A stretch of DNA of 64,000 nucleotides from an uncultured Gammaproteobacteria bacterium (lineage in GTDB: Bacteria > Pseudomonadota > Gammaproteobacteria > DRLM01), in NCBI GenBank assembly GCA_963761035.1, contig CAVXFH010000002.1, positions 2,756,792-2,820,791 on the forward strand. Direction: 5' to 3'. The notes under the pieces were generated by a model. That model saw only the letters and a list, made by a program, of their open reading frames with translations, was not told where the DNA came from and ran no database searches. Both the position numbers and the translations under genes were made by a program. Position 1 is the first letter of the stretch. Every line of letters starts with the position of its first letter. This document shows, in pieces, positions 20,387-31,040 of the stretch.

Positions 20387-20468
20387 TCCCCGTTTCTACA
20401 AATAGCTATCGGTGCTTAGTCTCTGATGCCAGCCGGCGTCGGGGCGGGGGGAAAGGAACCGCTTCACC

Positions 20469-23051
20469 ATGATCGATTTCGCCAAAGAAGTCCTGCCCGT
20501 CAACATCGAAGACGAAATGCGTACCTCCTATATGGATTACGCCATGAGCGTCATCGTGGGCCGCGCGCTGCCCGATGTGCGCGACGGCCTCAAACCGGTT
20601 CACCGCCGCGTGCTGTTCGCCATGAGCGAACTTGGCAACGACTGGAACAAGCCTTATAAGAAATCGGCGCGCGTGGTCGGCGACGTCATCGGTAAATACC
20701 ATCCGCACGGCGATACGGCGGTATACGACACCATCGTGCGCATGGCGCAACCCTTCTCGTTGCGCTACATGCTGGTGGACGGCCAGGGCAACTTCGGTTC
20801 GGTGGACGGCGACGCCCCGGCGGCGATGCGCTATACCGAAGTGCGCATGTCGCGCATCGCCCACGAGTTGCTGGCGGACCTGGACAAGGAGACCGTCGAC
20901 TTCGCCCCCAACTATGACGAATCGGAAAAAGAGCCCAGTGTCTTTCCCGCCAAGATACCCAACTTGCTCATCAACGGTTCGGCGGGCATCGCCGTAGGCC
21001 TGGCCACCAATGTGCCGCCCCACAACCTCAATGAGGTGATCGCCGGCTGCCTCGCGCTCATCGATAATCCTTCCGTCGATATTCCGGCCTTGATGAAACT
21101 GATACCGGGCCCGGATTTTCCCACCGCCGGTATCATCAACGGCGCGCGCGGCATCCATGAGGCCTATCACACCGGCCGCGGTCGCATCTATGTGCGCGCC
21201 CGCATCGACATCGAAGAGGACAGCAAGGGCAAGCAATCCATCATTGTCACCGAACTGCCTTATCAGGTGAATAAGGCCAATCTGCTGGAAAAGATCGCCG
21301 AACTTGTCAAGGAAAAACGCGTGGAAGGCATCACCGAACTTCGCGATGAGTCCGACAAGGATGGCATGCGCATGGTTATCGAGCTGCGCCGCGGCGAAGT
21401 GCCGGAGGTGGTGATCAATAACCTCTATCAGCACACCCAGATGCAGAGCGTGTTCGGTATCAATATGGTGGCGCTGGAAGACGGCCGGCCGCGCCTGCTC
21501 AATCTCAAACAGATTCTTGAGGCCTTTATCCGCCATCGCCGCGAGGTGGTGACGCGGCGCACGGTATTCGAACTGCGCAAGGCTCGAGAGCGCGCCCATA
21601 TTCTGGAAGGATTGGCCGTGGCCTTGGCCAACATCGATCCGGTGATTGCCTTGATCAAGGCGGCGGCCAATCCGGCGGAGGCTAAAGAGGGCTTGATGTC
21701 CCGAGCCTGGCCGCCGGGTGTAGTCACAGACTTGCTGGGGCGAGCCGGCGCGGCCGCTTCTCGTCCGGAAGGTTTGGCCGCGGAGTTTGGCTTGAGTGAT
21801 CGGGGTTATCGTTTGTCCGATGTTCAAGCCAAGGCGATTCTAGATCTGCGCCTGCATACCTTAACCGGCTTAGAACAAGAAAAGATAGTAAATGAATACA
21901 AAGAAATATTGATTAATATTCAGAATTTACTGGAAATATTGAGCGACCCCGACCGACTGATGCGGGTGATCCGCGAGGAGCTCTTGGCGATTAAGGAACA
22001 ATATGGCGACAAGCGCCGTACCGAAATCGTCACCACCCATCAGGACCTGAGCCTGGAAGACCTCATCACCGAGGAAGACGTAGTAGTGACCCTATCCCAT
22101 GCCGGTTACGCCAAGGCCCAGCCACTCAGCGAATATCGCACCCAGCGGCGCGGCGGCCGGGGCAAGGCGGCGACGGCGGTAAAGGAAGAGGATTTCATCG
22201 ATAAGCTGCTCATCGCCAGTACCCACGATACCATCTTGTGTTTCTCCAATCGCGGCAAGGTGTATTGGAAGAAGGTCTACGAATTACCGCAGGCGGGCCG
22301 CAACGCTCGCGGCAAACCGCTGGTGAATCTGTTGCCCCTGGAAGAAGGAGAGCGCATCACCGCCGTGCTGCCCATTCGCGAGTACGAGGCGGACAAATAT
22401 GTGTTCATGGCCACCGCCAGCGGTACGGTGAAGAAGACTTCTCTGGCCGATTTCTCGCGGCCGCGCGCCAACGGCATCATCGCCGTGGAATTGCTGGAGA
22501 ACGATCATCTGGTTGGCGTGGCCATTACCGATGCTACGCGCGACATCATGCTGTTTTCCAGCGCCGGCAAGGCGGTGCGCTTTAACGAAGATCATGTGCG
22601 CGCCATGGGCCGTACCGCGCGCGGGGTTCGGGGCATCACCCTGGGTGAAGGACAGCGGGTGATCGCCTTGATCATCGCGGCAGAAGGCACGGTGATCACC
22701 GCTACGGAAAACGGGTATGGCAAACGTACCTTGGTGAGCGAATACCCTGTACACGGTCGCGGCGGCCAAGGGGTGATCTCCATTCAGACCACGGAGCGCA
22801 ACGGCGAAGTATTGGGCGCGGCGTTGATCAACGATGAGGACGAGATAATGTTGATTACCGATGGTGGTACCTTGATCCGCACCGCGGCCGAGGATATATC
22901 GGTCATGGGTCGCAATACCCAGGGCGTACGTCTCATCAGTTTGGGCGAAGGCGAAAAGCTGGCCGGCATCGAGCGTATCGAGGAGCCGGAAATCGAGGGC
23001 GACGGCGGTGATGGCGGTGATGAGGAAGAAGTCGCCGAGGAGAATGAATAA
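20469..23051 (+). CDS. gyrA: DNA gyrase subunit A
   Basis: [35 protein letters not shown], GyrA-box QRRGGRG, acidic tail. Confidence 0.99.
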   Translation: MIDFAKEVLPVNIEDEMRTSYMDYAMSVIVGRALPDVRDGLKPVHRRVLFAMSELGNDWNKPYKKSARVVGDVIGKYHPHGDTAVYDTIVRMAQPFSLRYMLVDGQGNFGSVDGDAPAAMRYTEVRMSRIAHELLADLDKETVDFAPNYDESEKEPSVFPAKIPNLLINGSAGIAVGLATNVPPHNLNEVIAGCLALIDNPSVDIPALMKLIPGPDFPTAGIINGARGIHEAYHTGRGRIYVRARIDIEEDSKGKQSIIVTELPYQVNKANLLEKIAELVKEKRVEGITELRDESDKDGMRMVIELRRGEVPEVVINNLYQHTQMQSVFGINMVALEDGRPRLLNLKQILEAFIRHRREVVTRRTVFELRKARERAHILEGLAVALANIDPVIALIKAAANPAEAKEGLMSRAWPPGVVTDLLGRAGAAASRPEGLAAEFGLSDRGYRLSDVQAKAILDLRLHTLTGLEQEKIVNEYKEILINIQNLLEILSDPDRLMRVIREELLAIKEQYGDKRRTEIVTTHQDLSLEDLITEEDVVVTLSHAGYAKAQPLSEYRTQRRGGRGKAATAVKEEDFIDKLLIASTHDTILCFSNRGKVYWKKVYELPQAGRNARGKPLVNLLPLEEGERITAVLPIREYEADKYVFMATASGTVKKTSLADFSRPRANGIIAVELLENDHLVGVAITDATRDIMLFSSAGKAVRFNEDHVRAMGRTARGVRGITLGEGQRVIALIIAAEGTVITATENGYGKRTLVSEYPVHGRGGQGVISIQTTERNGEVLGAALINDEDEIMLITDGGTLIRTAAEDISVMGRNTQGVRLISLGEGEKLAGIERIEEPEIEGDGGDGGDEEEVAEENE

Positions 23052-23103
23052 ATATTGGGATGAGGCTGAATGTTGTTTTTGATTTTTGAGAAAGGGTAGA
23101 TCC

Positions 23104-24186
23104 ATGTCGCGCATATATAACTTCAGTGCCGGACCGGCGATGCTGCCGGAAGAGGTGTTAAACCAAGCCCGTGAAGAGATGCTGGACTGGCGGGATTCCG
23201 GCATGTCGGTAACGGAGATGAGCCACCGCGGCAAGGAATTCATGGGCATCGCCGCCCAGGCCGAAGCGGATCTGCGCGAACTACTTGCCGTGCCGGCCAA
23301 ATACAAAGTGCTGTTCCTGCAGGGCGGCGCCAGTAGCCAGTTCGCCATGGTGCCGCTCAATCTGCTGCGCGGCAAATCCGGCGCCGATTACATCAACACC
23401 GGCATGTGGTCCAAAAAGGCCATCGACGAGGCCAGGCGCTTTTGCACCGTGAACGTGGCGGCCAGCAGCGAGGCCAGCAAGTTCACCACCATTCCGGCGC
23501 AAGCGGAGTGGAAACTCAAGGCCGATGCCGCCTATGTCCATTACACGCCCAACGAGACCATTGGCGGCGTGGAGTTTCATTGGGTGCCCGATACGGGCGG
23601 CGTACCGCTGGTGGCCGACATGTCGTCGACATTGCTGTCGCGGCCCATCGATGTCGGCAAATTCGCCGTGATCTATGCCGGCGCGCAGAAGAATATCGGC
23701 CCCGCCGGCTTGGCGGTGGTCATCGTGCGCGAGGATTTGATCGGCCAGGCCCGGGACGGCACGCCCGCCATGTTCGATTACAAGATCCACGCCGACAACG
23801 GCTCTATGTACAACACCCCGCCCACCTATGCCTGGTATCTGGCGGGTTTGGTATTTCAGTTGTTAAAGCGCCGAGGCGGTTTAAAGGCCATGGCGGAGAT
23901 CAATAAACGCAAGGCGGAAAAGTTATATGCCGCCATCGACGATTCCGCCTTCTACCGCAACCCGGTGGAGAAGACCAGCCGTTCCTGGATGAACATACCT
24001 TTCACCCTCGCCGATGAAAAATTGGAGAAGGCATTTCTTGCCGAGGCCGCCAAGGCCGGCCTTAAAACCCTGGAAGGTCACCGCTCGGTGGGCGGTATGC
24101 GCGCCAGCATATACAACGCCATGCCCGAGGCAGGCGTTGATGCGCTGGTGGGCTTTATGCAGGACTTTGCAAGAAGGAACGGTTAA
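23104..24186 (+). CDS. serC: Phosphoserine transaminase
   Basis: YNFSAGPAMLP, EMSHR, LQGGA, NETIGG, DMSS, YAGAQKNIGPAG, GHRSVGGMRASIYNA. Confidence 0.97.
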   Translation: MSRIYNFSAGPAMLPEEVLNQAREEMLDWRDSGMSVTEMSHRGKEFMGIAAQAEADLRELLAVPAKYKVLFLQGGASSQFAMVPLNLLRGKSGADYINTGMWSKKAIDEARRFCTVNVAASSEASKFTTIPAQAEWKLKADAAYVHYTPNETIGGVEFHWVPDTGGVPLVADMSSTLLSRPIDVGKFAVIYAGAQKNIGPAGLAVVIVREDLIGQARDGTPAMFDYKIHADNGSMYNTPPTYAWYLAGLVFQLLKRRGGLKAMAEINKRKAEKLYAAIDDSAFYRNPVEKTSRSWMNIPFTLADEKLEKAFLAEAAKAGLKTLEGHRSVGGMRASIYNAMPEAGVDALVGFMQDFARRNG

Positions 24187-24259
24187 GGAACAGCCGTTTC
24201 CTTTATGCTCTTAAGCTTTCGGCAAACGTCTTAAGGCCGGCGGCTTCAACGAGGTAACT

Positions 24260-25423
24260 ATGTTCAAGATACTCACTCTCAACAATATCAGTGTAAAAGG
24301 TCTGGATCGCCTGCCGCGGGAACGTTATGAGATCGCCTCGGAGATCCGGCATCCGGATGCGATCCTGCTGCGTTCCTTCAAGATGCACGGCATGGAGATC
24401 CCCGCCAGCTTGAAGGCGGTGGGTCGCGCCGGCGCCGGCGTCAACAACATCCCGGTGGCGGAGATGAGCAAGCGCGGTATTCCGGTATTCAACGCCCCCG
24501 GCGCCAATGCCAACGCCGTGACAGAATTGGTGGTGGCGGGAATGCTGCTGGCGGCGCGCAATATCTGCCAAGCCTGGGATTACGCGCGCCGGCTGGAGGG
24601 CGACGATGCCGCTCTCAGTAAACAGGTCGAGGCGGGCAAGAAAGATTTCGTGGGTTTCGAATTGCCGGGGCGGACCCTGGGCGTGATCGGTCTCGGCGCC
24701 ATCGGCGTGCTGGTCGCCAACACGGCCGTCAAGTTGGGCATGCGGGTGATGGGTTATGACCCGCAGATCACGGTGCAGAGCGCCTGGCGGTTATCCTCCA
24801 AGGTGCAGCAGGCGCGCAGTCTCGATGATTTGTTGGCGCAGTCCGAGATGGTGAGTTTCCACGTGCCGCTGGTGGACGCGACGCGGCACATGATCAATCG
24901 CGACCGCTTGGGTTTTATGAAGAAGGGCGTAACCATCCTGAATTTTGCCCGCGAAGGGATCGTGGACGATCAGGCGGTGGTGGAAGGGATCAAGAGCGGC
25001 AAGATTCACGCCTACGTATGCGACTTCCCAAGCAATCTACTGAAGAACCAGCCGCGGGTGATTACCCTGCCGCATCTGGGCGCCTCCACCAACGAAGCGG
25101 AGGAAAATTGCGCGGTGATGGTGGCGGATCAGGTGCGGGATTTCCTCGATGACGGCAATATCGCCAATTCGGTGAATTTTCCCGAGGTGATGATGCCGCG
25201 TACCGAAGGGCATCGCGTCGCCATCGCCAACGCCAACGTCCCCAATATGGTCGGACAGATTTCCACCGCCATGGCGGATGCCAAATTGAACATTATCGAC
25301 ATGCTCAACAAATCCCGCGGCGATTTGGCGTATACGCTGATCGATGTCAATCAATCGGTGCCGGAAAAGGCGCTGGACAAGATTCGCGGCATCGACGGCG
25401 TGCTCGCGCTGAGGGTATTGTAA
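24260..25423 (+). CDS. serA: D-3-phosphoglycerate dehydrogenase (short type with C-terminal ACT)
   Basis: RAGAGVNNIP, PGANANAV, GLGAIG, LNFAR, PHLGAST, C-terminal ACT-like NVPNMVGQIS. Confidence 0.9.
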   Translation: MFKILTLNNISVKGLDRLPRERYEIASEIRHPDAILLRSFKMHGMEIPASLKAVGRAGAGVNNIPVAEMSKRGIPVFNAPGANANAVTELVVAGMLLAARNICQAWDYARRLEGDDAALSKQVEAGKKDFVGFELPGRTLGVIGLGAIGVLVANTAVKLGMRVMGYDPQITVQSAWRLSSKVQQARSLDDLLAQSEMVSFHVPLVDATRHMINRDRLGFMKKGVTILNFAREGIVDDQAVVEGIKSGKIHAYVCDFPSNLLKNQPRVITLPHLGASTNEAEENCAVMVADQVRDFLDDGNIANSVNFPEVMMPRTEGHRVAIANANVPNMVGQISTAMADAKLNIIDMLNKSRGDLAYTLIDVNQSVPEKALDKIRGIDGVLALRVL

Positions 25424-25459
25424 TGAGGTTTCAGGCCGCGGTTTTTCAAGTTTGACAAG

Positions 25460-26539
25460 ATGAACGAAGATAAGCTACAGGCGGTTCGTGATCGTATCGA
25501 TGGCCTTGATCAACAGATCCAGGCCTTGATCAACGAACGGGCCAAGTGCGCCCAGGAAGTCGCCGCCTTGAAGAACGGCGTCGATACCGCGACGTTTTAC
25601 CGTCCCGAACGTGAAGCGGCAATCTTGCGCAAGATACTGGCGCGCAATCAGGGACCCTTGAGCGGGGAAGAGATGGCGCGCTTGTTTCGCGAGATCATGT
25701 CCGCCTGCCTCGCCTTGGAGCAACCGCTGCGCATCGCCTATCTCGGGCCGGAGGGCACTTTTACCCAGGCCGCCGCTCTCAAGCATTTCGGCCATTCGGT
25801 ACATACAACTTCCCTGCTCGATATCGGCGAGGTGTTCCGCGATGTGGAGGCGGGCGCCTGTCATTACGGCGTGGTGCCGGTGGAGAATTCCACGGAAGGG
25901 GTGATCACCCATACGCTCGACATGTTCCTCAATTCGCCGCTAAAGATCACCGGCGAAGTTCAGTTGCGCGTTCATCACAATCTATTGAGCACGACGGATG
26001 CCATCGACGCCGTAAAGCGGATCTATTCCCATCAGCAATCCCTGGCGCAGTGCCGGGGCTGGTTGGACGAGAATCTGGCCGCCGTGGAGCGCATCGCCGT
26101 CAGCAGCAATGCCGAGGCGGCGCGGTTGGCGGCGCAGGATGAACAGGCCGCGGCCATTGCCAGCCGCGATGCGGCGGATATCTACGGTCTGCTGGTGGTC
26201 GAGGCCAACATTGAGGACGAGCCGGACAATACCACCCGCTTTTTGGTGGTCGGCCGCGAAGCGGTGCCGCCCAGCGGTAAGGACAAGACCTCCTTATTGT
26301 TGTCGGCCGCCAACAAGCCTGGGGCCTTGCATCGATTATTGGCGCCGTTCGCACGGCATGGCATCTCCATGACCCGCATCGAGTCGCGCCCCTCACGGCG
26401 CGGTGTGTGGGAATATGTGTTCTTCGTGGACATCGAGGGACACGCCGCGGATAACAAAGTGGCGCAGGCACTGGAAGCGCTGGGCGACGAGGCGGCCATG
26501 CTCAAGGTATTGGGTTCTTACCCCAAGGCGATTTTGTAA
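25460..26539 (+). CDS. pheA: Chorismate mutase / prephenate dehydratase (P-protein)
   Basis: RDRIDGLD, YRPERE, AYLGPEGTFT, VPVENSTEG, NTTRF, MTRIESRP. Confidence 0.97.
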   Translation: MNEDKLQAVRDRIDGLDQQIQALINERAKCAQEVAALKNGVDTATFYRPEREAAILRKILARNQGPLSGEEMARLFREIMSACLALEQPLRIAYLGPEGTFTQAAALKHFGHSVHTTSLLDIGEVFRDVEAGACHYGVVPVENSTEGVITHTLDMFLNSPLKITGEVQLRVHHNLLSTTDAIDAVKRIYSHQQSLAQCRGWLDENLAAVERIAVSSNAEAARLAAQDEQAAAIASRDAADIYGLLVVEANIEDEPDNTTRFLVVGREAVPPSGKDKTSLLLSAANKPGALHRLLAPFARHGISMTRIESRPSRRGVWEYVFFVDIEGHAADNKVAQALEALGDEAAMLKVLGSYPKAIL

Positions 26540-26543
26540 CAGA

Positions 26544-26658
26544 AGAGGAAAGAGAAAAGAGGAAAGTGATTGGGCCGACCGTGGCCCGCTAAAATTGTTT
26601 ATACGTGCGCCGCAGATGCATTCTTTCTCTTTACACTTTTCTCTTTGCGCTTTTATCT
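26544..26658. repeat. Inverted heptamer arrays forming a long imperfect hairpin
   Basis: AGAGGAA AGAGAAA AGAGGAA (26544-26564) and TTTCTCT TTACACT TTTCTCT TTGCGCT TTTATCT (26624-26658); inner GGGCC/GGCCC hairpin. Confidence 0.7.
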
Positions 26659-26675
26659 GATTTTTAGAGGTAACA

Positions 26676-27695
26676 ATGATCATCATCATGAAGGCGGGTT
26701 CCACCGACCGGCAGATCGCCGGGGTGGAGGAAAAACTCAAGGGTATGGGCATGGGCGCCCATGTGTCCCGAGGTATTGAACGCACCGTAATCGGCGCCAT
26801 CGGCGACGAATTGAAGATCGACGTGGAAGCCCTGGAGATATTGCCGGGCGTCGAAAATGTCGTGCGGGTGATGAAGCCCTACAAGATCGTATCCCGCCTA
26901 TCTCACCCCGCGGACAGCGTTATCGACATCAAGGGCGTCAAATTGGGCGGTAAGCAGATTCAGATCGTTGCCGGTCCCTGCTCGGTGGAGACGCAACCGC
27001 AAATGGATGCGGCGGCGGCGGCGGTGGCCGCGGCGGGTTGCCGTTTGATGCGCGGCGGCGCCTTCAAACCCCGCACCAGTCCTTATAGTTTTCAGGGTGT
27101 CGGAGTGCAGGGTCTGGAGATGTTCCGCAACGCCGCGGACAAGCACCATTTGCCCATCGTCACCGAACTGATGGACGTCCGCATGCTGGATACCTTTCTG
27201 AAGTACGATGTGGATGTGATACAGATCGGCACGCGCAACATGCAGAATTTCGATCTGCTCAAGGAAGTGGGGCGCGTGCACAAACCGGTGATCCTGAAGC
27301 GCGGTATGTCGGCCACCATCTCCGAATGGTTGATGGCGGCGGAATACATCGCGGCCGGAGGCAATCACAACATCATCTTTTGCGAGCGCGGCGTGCGCAG
27401 TTTCGAGACCTATTATCGAAATATGCTGGACGTCACCGCCATTCCGGTGCTGAAACGCGAAACCCACCTCCCGGTCATCGTGGACCCGAGCCATGCCGGC
27501 GGCAAAGCGTGGATGGTGCCGTCGCTGGCGCGGGCGGCAATCGCGGCGGGGGCCGACGGCCTGCTCATCGAAGTTCACCCCTGTCCTCCCGAGGCCTGGT
27601 GCGATGCCGATCAGGCGCTCAATCCCCAAGAGATCACGACGCTGATGGGCGAGATGCGGGATATCGCCAAAGCGATAGGGCGGGAAATCGCCTAA
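26676..27695 (+). CDS. aroF: DAHP synthase, class I-beta
   Basis: MIIIMK...RTVIGAIGD regulatory domain, AGPCSVE, RGGAFKPRTSPYSFQG, QIGTRNMQNF, CERG, VDPSHAGG. Confidence 0.94.
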   Translation: MIIIMKAGSTDRQIAGVEEKLKGMGMGAHVSRGIERTVIGAIGDELKIDVEALEILPGVENVVRVMKPYKIVSRLSHPADSVIDIKGVKLGGKQIQIVAGPCSVETQPQMDAAAAAVAAAGCRLMRGGAFKPRTSPYSFQGVGVQGLEMFRNAADKHHLPIVTELMDVRMLDTFLKYDVDVIQIGTRNMQNFDLLKEVGRVHKPVILKRGMSATISEWLMAAEYIAAGGNHNIIFCERGVRSFETYYRNMLDVTAIPVLKRETHLPVIVDPSHAGGKAWMVPSLARAAIAAGADGLLIEVHPCPPEAWCDADQALNPQEITTLMGEMRDIAKAIGREIA

Positions 27696-27778
27696 TGAAG
27701 GTGACGTGGTTTTGATTTGAACAGTTGGGCTGAGTGGTGTGCGGTCAAACCTGAAATGACGAATGAAAAAATGAAATC

Positions 27779-28642
27779 ATGATCAACCGTCTCTGTATCG
27801 TCGGCGTAGGGCTCATCGGCGGTTCGCTGGCGCGGGCGGCGAAGCGGGCCGGTTATTGCGCGGAGGTGGTGGGCGCCGGCCGCGACGCCGCACAACTGCA
27901 GCACGCGGTGCAACTTGGCGTCATCGATCGCTACGATCGGGACCCGGCGCGCGCGGTGGCGGACGCCGATGTCATCGTCCTCGCCGTGCCGTTGGGCGCC
28001 ATGGAAAGTGTGTTGCGCGGCATTGCCCCGCACATTAAACAGGGTGCGGTTATAACCGACGTCGGCAGCGCGAAGGGCAGCGTGGTGGCGGCGGCGCAAG
28101 CCGTTTTCGGCTCCGTGCCAGCCCATTTCGTTCCCGGACATCCCATCGCCGGCACGGAAAAGAGCGGCGTGGACGCCTCCCGGGCGGATTTGTTTCAAGG
28201 ACGGCGCGTGATTCTCACGCCTTTAACGCGTACCGACGCGGCCGCCGTCGATACCGTGCGGAACCTGTGGCGGCAGACCGGCGCGGAGGTGGTAGAGATG
28301 AGCGTCGAGCATCACGACGAAGTGCTGGGGGCCACCAGCCATCTACCCCATATACTGGCCTTTACCTTGGTCGATACATTGGCGCGCTTGCATGAACATG
28401 CCGAGATATTCCGCTTCGCCGCCGGCGGATTCCGCGATTTCACCCGTATCGCCTCCAGCGATCCGGTGATGTGGCGGGATATTTGTCTTGCCAACCGCGA
28501 CGCCATCGTGACCATGATCGATCGTTTTCAAGGCGATCTCATGGTATTGCGGGCGGCCATCCTGGCGGGCGACGATCGGCATATCGAGGCAATTTTTACC
28601 CGGGCCAAGTCGGCACGGGATAAGTATTGCGAATCGACCTAG
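27779..28642 (+). CDS. tyrA: Prephenate/arogenate dehydrogenase
   Basis: GVGLIGGS, TDVGSAK, GHPIAGTEKSG, HDEVLGATSHLPH, GGFRDFTRIASSDP. Confidence 0.93.
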   Translation: MINRLCIVGVGLIGGSLARAAKRAGYCAEVVGAGRDAAQLQHAVQLGVIDRYDRDPARAVADADVIVLAVPLGAMESVLRGIAPHIKQGAVITDVGSAKGSVVAAAQAVFGSVPAHFVPGHPIAGTEKSGVDASRADLFQGRRVILTPLTRTDAAAVDTVRNLWRQTGAEVVEMSVEHHDEVLGATSHLPHILAFTLVDTLARLHEHAEIFRFAAGGFRDFTRIASSDPVMWRDICLANRDAIVTMIDRFQGDLMVLRAAILAGDDRHIEAIFTRAKSARDKYCEST

Positions 28643-28679
28643 AATTGCCGTCGGATTAGAAAGTAAAGGTACGCGGCTC

Positions 28680-28779
28680 AACCACCGCCCATGTGGGGCT
28701 TCCCTTCCTTAGTGAGGAGGGGTGAATAATTTCACCTCCTTCTCGAGGAAGTGATGACCGCGTAGCGGATGGGGTGGTT
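28680..28779. repeat. REP/BoxC-like inverted doublet
   Basis: Ends AACCACCGCCCAT and ATGGGGTGGTT are near reverse complements; two internal CCTCCT/AGGAGG-type hairpins. Confidence 0.6.
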
Positions 28780-28804
28780 GTGACTTCGCGCAATGGACAG
28801 TGGT

Positions 28805-30139
28805 ATGGGTAAAGCACAAAACGAAATTTACAAAGCATCACCAGGCGGCCGTTTAAGCGGTCGTTTGCGGGTGCCCGGCGATAAATCCATTTCACATCGC
28901 GCCATAATGTTGGGCGCCCTTGCGGAAGGGGTTACGCGGGCCAGCGGTTTTTTGGAAGGCGAGGATTGTCTGGCGACCCTGCACGCATTTCGCGCCATGG
29001 GCGTACGCATCGAGGGTCCGGAGCACGGCCAGGTGACGATACATGGTGTCGGTTTGCATGGCCTGAGGGCGCCGGGCGCGCCGCTCTATCTGGGAAACTC
29101 CGGTACCTCGATGCGCTTGCTGGCGGGATTGATGTCTGGGCAGAGTTTTAATGTTGAGATGAACGGTGACGCCTCGCTCACCAGACGTCCCATGAAACGG
29201 GTGACGGCGCCGCTCGCCCGGATGGGCGCGCAGATCGAGGCCAGCACCGCCGGCACGCCGCCCCTCAAGATCACCGGCAGTCAAGGCCTGCATGGGATTG
29301 ACTATGCCATGCCGGTCGCCAGCGCCCAGGTAAAATCAGCCCTGTTGCTGGCGGGTTTGTATGCCCAAGGCCGGACCTGTGTCTCCGAGCCGGCGCCGAC
29401 CCGCGATCATACCGAACGGATGCTGGCCGGTTTCGGTTATCGAGTGGAACGCAAGGGCCATACCGTCTGTTTACAGGGCGGCGGTCGTTTGCGGGCCGCC
29501 ACCATCGACGTGCCGGCGGATATCTCCTCGGCGGCCTTCTTCATGGCGGGCGCGGCCATCGCCCCCGGCTCCGATCTGATGCTGGAGCATGTAGGTGTGA
29601 ATCCGACCCGCACCGGGGTGATCAATATCCTGCGCGAGATGGGCGCCGGTATCGAATTGCTCAATCCGCGCGAGGTGGGCGGCGAGCCGGTGGCGGACAT
29701 TCGAGTGCGATCGGCGCCATTACGCGGCATCCGAATTCCTCAAGACCAGGTACCGCTGGCCATCGATGAGTTTCCAGCCCTGTTTATCGCCGCTGCCTGC
29801 GCCGAAGGAGAGACTATACTAAGGGGAGCCGAAGAACTCAGAGTCAAGGAAAGCGACCGTATCCAGGTGATGGCCGACGGTTTGACCAGGTTGGGCATCG
29901 ACGCCAAGCCGACGCTTGACGGCATCGTCATCCACGGAGGGCGTCTCGGCGGTGGACGGATCGACAGTCACGGCGACCATCGCATCGCCATGGCTTTCGC
30001 GCTAGCGGCCTTACGCGCCGACAGCGAGATCATAATTGAGGACTGTGCCAATGTGCGCACATCCTTTCCGAACTTTTTGGCGCTGGCGCAGGGTGCGGGA
30101 TTGAGTGTTATTCAGGAAGGAGCGGTTGTCTATCGATAA
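28805..30139 (+). CDS. aroA: 3-phosphoshikimate 1-carboxyvinyltransferase (class II EPSPS)
   Basis: [59 protein letters not shown]. Confidence 0.97.
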   Translation: MGKAQNEIYKASPGGRLSGRLRVPGDKSISHRAIMLGALAEGVTRASGFLEGEDCLATLHAFRAMGVRIEGPEHGQVTIHGVGLHGLRAPGAPLYLGNSGTSMRLLAGLMSGQSFNVEMNGDASLTRRPMKRVTAPLARMGAQIEASTAGTPPLKITGSQGLHGIDYAMPVASAQVKSALLLAGLYAQGRTCVSEPAPTRDHTERMLAGFGYRVERKGHTVCLQGGGRLRAATIDVPADISSAAFFMAGAAIAPGSDLMLEHVGVNPTRTGVINILREMGAGIELLNPREVGGEPVADIRVRSAPLRGIRIPQDQVPLAIDEFPALFIAAACAEGETILRGAEELRVKESDRIQVMADGLTRLGIDAKPTLDGIVIHGGRLGGGRIDSHGDHRIAMAFALAALRADSEIIIEDCANVRTSFPNFLALAQGAGLSVIQEGAVVYR

Positions 30140-30198
30140 TAACAATCAATATAAATCAATTGGATAAATGTATTTTCGATAATCAGGATAAAGCAGCG

Positions 30199-30897
30199 AT
30201 GGAACGTGGAACCCACATAGGCAACGCACCGGTCATTGCCATCGATGGCCCCAGCGGGTCGGGCAAAGGCACCATCAGCCGTCTGACGGCGGCGAAATTA
30301 GGTTGGCATTTTCTCGATAGCGGCGCCTTGTATCGCTTGGTGGCGTTGGCGGCGAAGGAGCATACCGTGCCGCTGGATGACGAAGTCAGCTTGGAGACCT
30401 TGGCCGCACATCTGGATGTGCAGTTTTTGGCGGATAAAGACGGGATTGAAAGCCGCATGATCCTGGAGGGCGACGACGTAACCGACGCTATCCGCACCGA
30501 AGAAATCGGTAAAGCGGCATCGGTTGTGGCAGCCCTGCCGGCGGTGCGCAAGGCCTTATTGCAAAGGCAGCGGGCCTTTCGCGAGTTCCCCGGGCTGGTA
30601 GCCGACGGGCGGGACATGGGTACCGTGGTTTTTCCCGATGCGGGAGTTAAAGTGTTTCTTACCGCCAGCCGCGAGGAAAGAGCGCGCAGGCGCCATAAGC
30701 AGTTGAACGAAAAAGGGGTAAATGTTACCCTACAGCACATTTTGGATGAGCTTACCGAACGGGATGCTCGCGATAGCGGGCGGATTGTTTCTCCTTTGCG
30801 GGCCGCGGCGGATGCAGCCATCATCGATACCACGCGCTTAACTATCGAGGAAGTGGTGATGAATGTGCTGACCGCGTGGCGGAATATGTATCGGTAA
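30199..30897 (+). CDS. cmk: Cytidylate kinase
   Basis: [37 protein letters not shown]. Confidence 0.97.
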   Translation: MERGTHIGNAPVIAIDGPSGSGKGTISRLTAAKLGWHFLDSGALYRLVALAAKEHTVPLDDEVSLETLAAHLDVQFLADKDGIESRMILEGDDVTDAIRTEEIGKAASVVAALPAVRKALLQRQRAFREFPGLVADGRDMGTVVFPDAGVKVFLTASREERARRRHKQLNEKGVNVTLQHILDELTERDARDSGRIVSPLRAAADAAIIDTTRLTIEEVVMNVLTAWRNMYR

Positions 30898-31040
30898 CGT
30901 GTTAATCTGAAAAGCTATAAAGGTATTATTAATCGGGGTTCGCGGCGGCGTGCGCTGTCGACGGACAAGGTGTATCACACCGCGGCATGCCGCGGTATAA
31001 CGGGTTTGGCGCAATGCGCCGGGCCAAGGGCTAGTTATCA

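Noticed and set aside
20406-23375. Long antisense ORFs (473 aa, 363 aa) opposite gyrA/serC, and similar ones opposite truD, rpsA, aroF and manC
   Set aside because: Shadow ORFs expected from GC-rich codon bias; no recognisable motifs, and they lie almost wholly opposite well-supported genes.
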